From Octopus bimaculoides (taxonomy: Eukaryota), in NCBI RefSeq assembly GCF_001194135.2, contig NC_068992.1:9107519-9150964 (forward strand): 43,446 nucleotides of DNA, written 5' to 3'. The first letter of the stretch is position 1, and each line of letters begins with the position of its first letter. A model generated the notes under the pieces. That model saw only the letters and a list, made by a program, of their open reading frames with translations, was not told the DNA's origin and searched no databases. Both the position numbers and the translations under genes were made by a program. This document shows positions 13,326-24,100 of this stretch, piece by piece.

Positions 13326-13734
13326 AAATAGAATTAAATGAATACGGTGGGAATTGAGAGTTTGCTTCTGATATCCTGAACTAGAAGAATCTAGTTGCTA
13401 GAGCTGAGTCAACAAGGGATCATCTTCGGGGCTGTTTAACTTGCTAGAAGTAGCAACCAAATTATCTCCTATGATGCTTAAAAAAAGAAGAGCCTCTAGA
13501 ACAATGTGTATTAAAAGCTGGCATGGGCATGTTTTGAGTAGCTTTGATCAGAGATTACTTTAATCAGGGCTTACCTGGGACCACATAGCAACAACTTGAT
13601 AACAAATAGAAAGATTAAGGTAAAAAATGATTGAATCTTTCATGGATATTATACATATAAGAGAAATAGCAAAGTACGTAAAATAAAATAGTCCCTCAGT
13701 CATAATAATAATGTTTCAAATTTTGGCACAAAAG

Positions 13735-13826
13735 AAGACACTTGTCCAAGGTGCCATGCAGTGGGATTGAACCTGGAACCTGGTTAGGAAGCAAACTTCT
13801 TACCACATAGCCATGCCTGCACCTAT
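13735..13826 (-). mobile_element. SINE family B head fragment
   Basis: Reverse complement of the 29826 head. Confidence 0.7.
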
Positions 13827-13964
13827 ATATCATTGGCTTTTTTTTTTTCTTTCTAAAACTCAAAGTGTATCATATATGCTGGTTTCTTATAATATCATTT
13901 ACATGAAAATAAAAGAAACATTTCTTTCAAAGGATGGATTATAAATTGGTTGGAAATTATTCTT

Positions 13965-13992
13965 TTTTTTTTCTTTTTCTGTCTTTTCCTAG
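13965..13992 (+). other. Candidate splice acceptor for the 5' UTR portion of fusion-gene exon 1
   Basis: Long pyrimidine tract ttttttttttctttttctgtcttttcctag, 210 nt upstream of the ATG. Confidence 0.55.
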
Positions 13993-14202
13993 CATGGTAA
14001 ACATGAGATATGCAGTGCAAGACTTCCACAGCTTGCTAATGTTAAATGGAATATTCCTGGAATGGATGTCTTATAAATAACTTATGCTGAGCTGATGGTG
14101 AATTCTACACTGGATTATTGTATTGGAAATATGTGATAATGAGGAAATCTTACCTTAAAATATCAGTGATGTGACCAATTTTGGTTTGGCTATATTTGTT
14201 AT

Positions 14203-15138
14203 ATGGAAATGGAAACACACAGAACCAACTTTGCATTCATAACAGTCAACTTCATCTTTTCTTCAATTGGTGCTTTAATGTGTTTTATTTCACTTGTGTA
14301 CAAACTCTGCAAGGGAATATCTTTACCAAAATTGTGGAAATATTCCATTTGTTTACTTGATACTTCAGCATTATTCTTTGGAATTGGTCTGGTGATGCAT
14401 CTGTGTATTTTAGTACTCAATGGTACAACTCCCAAATTCCTTGTGTTGGCATCGTCAAGTTTAATGTTGTTTGGATATATGGATGGTTTGTGCTCTTTTA
14501 TTACATTCCAGACAATTCTATTATTTGTACAGAATCCAAGAAAGATATCCAGTACATCAAGCCACCAGCTTGGTTCCTCAATAATAGTACTCACTGGCAT
14601 AAAACTTGCCTGTCTGCTCCTTTCTATCTTGCCAGTCATCCCTAAACAAGACCAACTCAAACCTTCCAGGGGCAACCTCTTCCCTCTTTATGACCCACAA
14701 GAATCTGGGGGTACATACACTTCTCTGTTGGTAATTTGTTTCTGGATAGTCATCATGACCACGTTTATTTTTAGTATTATTGGATTAGTGAAATCCCAGA
14801 AGAAAAACAGCTTGGTACATGATTCCAGTGAAGACGTGCATGTTTCTGTAATATCGCAGGGACAGATGTTACACAAAATACTCCTGGTCGAACAATGCAT
14901 TTACACAGCTGTTAGCATCATGATAACACGACTACTTTTTCGGCAATCGGTTTCGCAGACGACCAACACCAATCACCACGACACAACAATTATCACAGTT
15001 AGCATTTATCTCACACTCCATGGAATTTTCACAAACCTTGGAAATTTTCTGTGGATGAAGAAAGAATGTTGTGGAAAACCAAATGACATTTCACAGGAAT
15101 CTCGTCATCTAAAACGACTGGAACTCTTACGAACGGAG
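14203..15138 (+). CDS. Fusion gene coding exon 1: seven hydrophobic segments (7TM domain) plus linker, 312 aa
   Basis: ATG at 14203 is preceded by in-frame TGA at 14167. Seven hydrophobic stretches. ECL2-TM5 SRGNLFPLYDPQESGGTYTSLL resembles the RXFP/GRL101 G-x-C-F-P-L..G..YS motif. Donor GAG|gtaaaa after 15138, phase 0. Confidence 0.85.
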
Positions 15139-18100
15139 GTAAAAATGTTACGTTGTTTCTGTTAGAGTTGGTTTTATTTATTTATTTTTTTCTTTAATTA
15201 TAATTGATGCTCCAATTATTATTGGTGCAGTTTTTTAATTTCATGCCCTAATATCCGACTTATTTCAATTTCACTGTGAATCTGTTAGATTGAATTACAA
15301 TCTAATTTACAAGGAAACAAAGAAAAAGAAAAGGGGATGAGATTAAGCAGCAGAAGGGATGGGAGGGAATACACCCCCCAGAACAAATGCCATGGTCAGT
15401 TGCACCCTGTGGACAAGACTGTGATGCTGTTGCCATGGAGAATAGCCTGCAACACTCATGGCAGCAGCCATTCCATCTCGCATAGCCTGTTTCTCAGACA
15501 GGCTGCAGCTATCCCCAATATTTTAGAGGAAATTGGCAGTGCATGGTCCAAAAACACCTGTTGGCTTGATGGTGACCAGCAAAAACTGATAGCAGCCAGT
15601 CAGGCCCCCAAATTTGTTTGTGTTTCTCTCCTCTGTGTTATGGGCAACAATATCTGGGTTTGTGGCTGATGCAACAAGGCTGGAGCCAGAGAATATGTTG
15701 CTGCACATCATATGGGGAAAGAGTTATTCCATCAGAGTGCTTTCCATACCTGCAGTTGAGACCTACTGGCTCCAGTTGAGATGGAAAGCTAGTAACATCA
15801 AGGCCCCTTCTAATTATGTCATTCAGAGCAGCATGTCAAGAGAACCAGTCCACTCTATGTGTTGTTAGCTGCTGTCTCTGTTGGCCATCTCCTACAGTGT
15901 CTGTCAATGCTCTCTCTGCTACATCTCAAAGCTCTCTGTCTACTAGTCACAGAGTGTCAAATTTATACTGATTGATAGGCTCAGAAGGAAGCACACCAAA
16001 AATGAACTAATTGTTGGAGCCCGTTCCACGCAAAGTTGTGATTGGTCAGATTTTGTTGATCATGTAGGCAATATTGTAGCAAATTGCAACATTGGGTGAA
16101 TGCTGAATATTCCCACAACATGCTTCTCAAAATATTTCTTTATCCATTTCTGTTTTTGCAATCTTGTTGAATATTGGTCAAGTGGAGTCTTTTTTTGGCA
16201 ATGTCTTTATTAAACCAAACGTTTTGTAGTCCCATTTTTATTTCAGTTTTTTGTTTTTAATACTTTCTGTAATGATTCACAATTCTCTTTATAGCTGTTA
16301 TTTCGGATAACAGAATTAGGTTACTTTTTTTCTATCTTTCTTCATATTTTATAACTATTTGCATTAGTTCCCATTTGTTATTTACAATATATATTTGTAA
16401 TCCAATAGCAGATATTTTATAATAATTTTATAACTGCAGACAACCTCTGCCTCTTTGTATTTATGGGAATATCCATTACTTCTTAGTGAGATTCTGGGTG
16501 GTGTCTTCTAAATGCATTCATTGTTTTCCTTGTTTTTCAATTTTGATTTGACAATCCACCTGACTTCCTGTTGAAAATATAACTATAACTTATTACGAGG
16601 GTAGTTAAACCATCAATACATAGTATCATAACATTCACTTTCATTTTAAAAGTAATCTACTATGTCCATAACATCCTTTACCAATTGTTTTTTTCCATTT
16701 TTTTAAACTCCATCTGCCACATTTTTCAGTATAGAAGTCACTGAAGTATATAGTGTAAACATGTAAACACCTTCACTATCTTATCAAATCCTTCTGAATT
16801 TCACATGGAAATATTGGTCCTCCAGATTTTAATTTTTTTTGGTTGTAAATTTTGATCTGAAAAATCCAACTTGTATACCAGAAAATAGAGTAGTTCATTA
16901 ATTTCTAAGTGTTTGTTAGAATTTAATTATTTTTACTCCATCTAGTTCATTATTTCTTAAGTATTTGTAAGTTTGTATTTGGCCTAAATTTGTTATCTTA
17001 ATTTCTGAATCTAACGAGGTATTACTAATCATATTAATTCTCCACTTTTTAAAGTAGCTTTCGTTTATTTTCCCAAACTGAATTTCATGCCATTTCCCCT
17101 ACAAAATTTTCTTCATATGTTTGTCATCTGCAGCACACAACTTGAGGCCATCAAGAGACCATTGATTATCTCTACTCCATAGCATTTTTATCCGCTTCCA
17201 CTATAGGTGCATGGCTGAGTGGTGTTTGGCTCACAATCATAAGTTTGTGAGTTTGATATCCGGTAGAGCATTGTGTCCTTGAGCAAGACACTTTATTTCA
17301 CATTGCTCCAGTTCACTCAGCTCGCAAAAATGTAATTCGAAAGGCCAGCTTTGTCATATGCTGTGTTACGCTGAATCTCCCTGAGAACTACACCAAGGGT
17401 ACACATGTCTGTGGAGCGCCTAGTCATATGCACAATAATTTCATAAGTAGGCAGTGCTTTTTACATGCCACCAGCACAGGAGCCAGTCAGTGGGTACTGG
17501 CATCGACCACGTCCAGATTATATATGTATATATATAATTCCTGCAGATTTTGTGGCATGACTACATAACATATTCCTGTACTATCACTAACTTGCACCAA
17601 AATGTAATCATACACTGTTTGTTGAGTAGCCTCCTTGACATATTTTCTGATTAAATTTGGATTTTTATGAGGCATCTTTTTTAAGAAAAACCCATCTTTT
17701 AACAATTCAATTTCAAGTTAAATATATTGATAATAGATTGCTCATAAAAAATACCACTAGATTGAGCTGCAACAAGAATTCTCATGAAGTTTCCACAGGT
17801 AATTCAATGATTTTCGTTATTAATGACAGTAGTAGGTTTAATTCAGAAAAGCAATCAGTATATTTTACTTAATGTGGATATAGTGTAAGAAAGCCACAGC
17901 ACTACAGTATTCGTCTTGAGAAAGCATCTCATTTAGACATATAGGTACAATGTTTTTAACCATAGGTCTGTTCAGTCAGAACTAGTATATGGACAAATAA
18001 CAATTCATACAAACTCATGTTGTGTGAGTGTATGTGTGTGTGAGTGTGTGTTTGTGTCTCCTTGGCTTGGCATCTCATGATAGTCGTAAATGGTTGTCAC

Positions 18101-21100
18101 TGTCATACATGCAGTGTCATTCATTTCCAGCAGATTGCAAGAACATGCCTGGCCACAGGGAAATTATTCTGTTATTTGTTATGGATTTCATTAGAACTAT
18201 TTTTATTCTTGACGTGTGTCTGGAAAAGGTAAGTCCTGATTGATTGAGAGAATAGCTTATATCAGAATATATTTCATTGCTATTTTACAGCACTCTGGTA
18301 AACATCACTTCTTAGCTTCTTGGATCGACAACAAGAAATTCCTTCAAACAGGTCTAATGAAAACCTACAGTCAAAATTGGCAGAAACTGTGGGCACAAGA
18401 AATCATGGTTCTTGGAATGTTACGAAAGGTGAAACACCCAAATCTATTGCAATGTCTTTGGACAAGCAACACTAACCCTTATTATGAAATTGTTTCTTTA
18501 CTCAGTCAAGATACAGTTTCTAGTGATTCAAGGTATTACTGTTTTTATCATTCTACCAAATAACCCCATCAAAGATCCAGGCACATCTATAACACACTAC
18601 TATATACTACATACTTACACCCAGTGCAGTCATGGGTAGACTGCAAGCTGTGGGACTCTCTGAATAGCATGCCAAATGAAACATTACCTTTAATTTATTT
18701 AGTTGTGCAGTCCACCTGATGATGAACCATGTCTCATGTGGTCTGCTTCTCAAAAAAGGTTGCCCATGCCTAACCTAGTGCAACAGTTAATAGACTATCA
18801 TTTACAATACACCACTTCCATTTACAACACTACCAACATAAATACTGCTTTCAAATTTTGGCATAAAGCCAGAAATTTCAGGGAAGGGGTTACGTTGATT
18901 ACATTGACCCCAGTACTGACAGTGCTCAACTGGTACTTATTTTTATCGACCCTGAAAGGATGAAAGGGAAAGTCGACCTTGGCAGAATTTGAACTCAGAA
19001 AGTAAAAATTAACGAAATGCCACTAAGCATTTTTCCCGCCATGCTAACAATTCTGCAAACTCACCACCTTATATCAACATAAATATTACCACGATATACA
19101 GCATGCTATCACTATATGAAATGCACAGGCACAACATCAATTTTCTGCAACCTTTGGTTCCAAAGTCATTCTGAACAACTGATTTTCCCAAACCAAATTT
19201 AATTTACTTAAATAATTAAATGAAATACAGGTACATTATTATAAATAACACAGTTTTATCAATTCAGTACTGTGTAAGGTACCAATAGACTAGTCTGGCA
19301 GCTGCAGGAATCTGAAGTTTCTCTTCATATATTAGTGAAGATTATAAGAGTTTTCAGATTATCAATATCTGGAGAGTCAGTGTTCTATCTGTACTAATAT
19401 ATACAAAATTCTACCATTTACCACAAAATATTACCACCTGATGCAAAACACTACCAGTATGTACAACATTACTATTATGTACGGCACACTAGCACCATAT
19501 ACAACACTTTATTGCTATATATAGATTGCAACCACCACATGCAACATGCTATGTACAACGCCTTACTAACAAATACAATACACAACCATCAAACACAACA
19601 CACTGTTACCTAACTTAGTGTACTACCACCTAATGCAAGACAGTGCCACTATGAACAAATATTTTTATGTGTTGTACTTTAATGGTAGTGTGTTGTATAT
19701 TGTGTATGTTGGTAGTGTACAATTATGTGGTAGTAGTGTGTTGTGTACAGTGATAGTGGTTTGTATATCTCTGCCCTTTTCATAATTTATTGATTGTGTC
19801 ATTATTTAAAAACATTTTTATACAATACTAAACAAAGAATAAAATTTATTCTGTTTTGTTTTTAAGGATTATCTGCATGGAATTTCCTGAATATGGATGT
19901 CTACGGGAATATCTTAAGACTATGGAAACTCCACTGTCTGCAGCAACACAGTGTATGATTATAAGCGATGTATCACAAGGTCTGCAGCAGCTACATCGGC
20001 TCGACATTCTACACAAGCATCTCTCTTCAATCAGAGTTTACCTTCGAGGCAACAATGGGAATGTAAGATGTTTATTATTTTACAGAATTTTTTGCAAAAA
20101 AATGTAAATTTGTTTTATATTTGTCAGACTACCTCAACCTTAATCAAAGAATACATGTTTACATGCAGAAAAAGTTGTAGGTTTAAGAAATTTGCTTTGT
20201 AACCACACGGTTCCAGGTTTCATTCCATGGTGTGGCACTTTGAACAGGTGTCTTCTACCACAACTTTGAGATGATTAAGTACCTGGTGAGCAGAATTTAC
20301 TTTTAATGTTCACCTTTCATACTGGCATGGACTGGAGTTTGATAGGATCTGAATAAATTGTATGATGCTTGTGTGTAAACAGCAATACAACATGGTAGTG
20401 ACATGGAGACCATGACTGTAGAGAACATGTAAAGACTAGAAAGGAATGAAGCTAGCATGCTCTGCTGGATGTGCAAAGTCAGCATGCATGAACGACAAAG
20501 AGCAATTCTGTTGAGCAAAAATTGAGCATAAGAGGAATCAGATGTATTGTGCAAGAGAGATGACTGCAATGTTATGGTCACATAATGTATAAGGTGGATG
20601 AAACTAGTGGACAAAGGATACCCAGAAAGACATGACACAAAGTGGCGAAGGTTGATCTCAGGAGTTTGAGTTTCATGGAGGAGATGATGAAGGGCCAGGG
20701 TGTCTGGCTACATGCTGTGCTTGAGAAGATCTGATCATCCTTGGTCAAGTGAAACTGAAGTTCTGGAAGCAACATGTCTCTATACAACTCTCATCTAATT
20801 TCTTCATTTAATGTTTCCTTCACCCCTTATTCTCTATCACTGATCTCTCCAACACTTGCCAACTACAGTGTTCTGTTGCTGTGATTAAATACAGGTAGAA
20901 CTAAATATTCTGTTATGATTTCTGTGACTCCAGTTACCTTTCTCACTACTTGAAACCACTTCAATTGCCTGCCATCCTTCATTCTTACATCATCCTATTC
21001 ATTCACATTTTACATCGATTACTCCACCTTTTTATGCTATAAAATTTCCTCTCCCTCTACCTTTCCACTGAACCAAATCACTGACTTTAGGAATTTAACT

Positions 21101-24100
21101 CAAATTTCATTATAATTGCTGAAGTATTTCGGATGAAATGTTAATAGCCCTATCCAAATCTCACCCTTTCCTGGATCCTTTAGCACTAGGATGAGTATAC
21201 CTTAGAATATCACAAGCTTTACTACTCCTATTCACACATACAAATGAAGAATACAGTCTCATTCTTGTGTTTCATATGTAAGTGTTTTATGTAGAGATAA
21301 AGAATTTCTGTGTGTAGACATACCCATAATTATTATATGATGATGATTAAGTGTGAAATTATTTCTTTCATTTCAGAATTCGTTGTTTCGTGCTGCTCTT
21401 GGGGATTTTGAATATGTAAGCATATTTGGGTCTCTACTACAAGGAGCAGATAACCCAACATGTAAGAGTCGTCAAACATTCTTCCTTCCAGACATTCGAT
21501 CTTTCGCTCTGATTACTCTAGAAATGATTCTGTCAGTATGCAACAAATTAGTCCAAATGCCAAAAAAGAATCGATATCAAAATGTAAAGACACAGAAGTC
21601 TAATCCACAAAGTATATCTGATGTAATGTTGAACAAAGCAACTCAGTGGCAACCATTAGTTAAACCTGAGAATAAAACTGTTGTAAAGGGTAAATTGGGT
21701 TTTTTTCCTACGGCAAGTGAAGAGAGTTTACATAAGAACTGGAGTGAAATGAATCCAAATTCATTGGATAAAAGTAAAATTCCTCAGACACAGCAAAGAA
21801 TAAAAACAATTTTTGTAGCTCCGGCTAATAATGCAAACATTGTGCCATCAGAGTTTTCTACAGGATATTCAAGGCATTCTTCAGTCTCACCTGAAAATGA
21901 AGATTCTCTCAGCAGCAACATTTCTATGCTTGTAGAAGCTGGAAAGGATAGTGACAGTGAAATCAGTCCAACCGAATTCAATGACTTTATTTCACCATAC
22001 GAAGATAACAAACAAGATGACTTCATCTCAGAAAATAAGTTCATTGATAGGAAAACGTCTGTAGATTCTGATCCTTATAATTATCACTGGAGCTTTTTCA
22101 CAAATAAACATGATTATAGCCCTCACAGCTTCTTTTTCAATGAACAATGCCCTAAAAGCTTTTCCGAAGAAAATAATTTAAACACACCAGAAAATAGTAA
22201 AGATGACACACATATGAATGGCGAAACAGCAGCTTTTCATGAGAAAATTCAGAGTCACACAAGAAAAGATGTTAATAACATAGCTGACGAAGATTATATT
22301 TCAGAAGAAAGTCACTTGAGAAAAGTTCAGAGAAAGAATAAAGCAAGAATGAATTTACAGAAAACTCTGACTTCTCGAGGAATGCCTTTTAATCATGTTT
22401 CATCTCAAAAACCAATAAAAGATACCTTTAAAAAAAAGAAACAATTTAATGATACACAGTCCCAAAAACCATCTCTAACTCATATTAGTTCTTCTAATTC
22501 AGTATTGCCAGGGAATAAAGCCATTCTTTCTAATCCTAATAACCATTGTAAACCTTTTAATAATAAAGTCAACAATGAGTTCAGGGAAAATACAAACGAT
22601 TATCAGTTCAGTTGTTCCAGTAGTTATCAAACCAACAACAGCTCTGATTTGGAATCATCTCAGAATTTTTCTTGTGATTACACTACTGATATATCTTGTC
22701 TTTCTTCAGCAACTGAAGCTTTAACTCGAAAAATTCTAAGGGAAGAAAAGTCATTATTTCAAAGGAATAATTCAGCTGACGACATACACAGAAAAATCAT
22801 TGACAGTGGTTTTGAAACAGAATCTAATCCTTCCAACACTTCTAACCAAATAATATGCCATCACAACTCTGAGAAACAGCAATGGCTGGAGAACTGCTTT
22901 GACATGAAAACAAAAGAGGCGGAATTCTTACCAAGTTCAGATAATTATTTATATCTTTCCAACAATAATTTCAGTATGCAAAAGAAATCATGTTTAATAT
23001 CCAACCAAGATAGTCCCATCTATAGTCCTTCTTCAAATAAGAGCAGATTTGTTTATCCAACATCTAGAAATGGTAATAGTTGTTCAAGAAGGGATGAAGT
23101 ATTTGAGACAAGTTCTTATCGAACCTATGATAATAACAAAGTTAGTAATTCTGAACTTCCGTTAATGAAATCTGAATTACAGAATAGCAACAACGCTTCA
23201 AAACGATACAGAGAACTTAAACGTAAAGGTGTACCACTGAAAATATCGATTGTGTCCTCGAATACTTCTTCGAATTTTAACCATTTCTCAAACTGTTCAC
23301 CCAGTATATCAGCGTGTTCAGAAGTCACAACACCGGACATGGATTCCAAAAACATATTTTTCCCTCCACAAATGTCACCATACCCAACAAAGGAGAATTA
23401 CGAGAGAACATGTGATGATTACCAAAGAAAAAATAGTGCCAGTTTATTTAAACAATCACTTGAAGACAGCCCAGTATTTACAACTAAAGTAATTGGAAGC
23501 CCCTGCCCACCTACACCAACAACTACTATCCCTAACTCCCTATTCATGACATCAGAGAGACCAATCCTTGAATCTCGTATCAGTTGTAGTGACATTCCAG
23601 ATTTTGGTGGGAACTGGAAATTTGGACCGAAAGGGAACAATGTGCAGAATCAAGACACAATTTCAGTTCCGAGTCGGCAATTAAGTCGACTTAACAGTGG
23701 AAGTTTATCTCACTGTTCCTCGTTATCTCACCTCAGTTTGCCAGGGAAAACCATTCAAGGAAAATATAAACTTTTACCTGGAGTAAATGAACATCATCTG
23801 GGTTATTGCATTGATCTAGTGGAAAAGCAATCCTTCCTCTCTATAGATGATTTATTACCTGCTTCACAAAGTGCCTTTAACCATCTTAAAGACAAGCTCA
23901 GTGCAACAGGTGAACTAACAAATGCAGCTAAACAGGTAAGGAACTTTGTAAATCTTACAACTCTTCTAGCATTTATCTTGCTTGTGCAGGGTTCACTTAT
24001 TCTACTGATAGATGTTGGTTCAATCAATGCATCATTCAGTCTGATCTGTGAGGCCTGCCACCATCACTTATGCCTTGTAGGACCCATTTCTCACCATAAG

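Noticed and set aside
14199-14900. Antisense ORFs overlapping the 7TM exon, and similar ones over exon 4 and the SPRTN last exon
   Set aside because: Shadow frames of real coding exons; no motifs or splice support.
15139-15165. Stand-alone 320-aa 7TM protein ending VKMLRCFC-stop
   Set aside because: Possible as a minor isoform, but the downstream kinase exons need an upstream phase-0 donor and this is the only coding one available.
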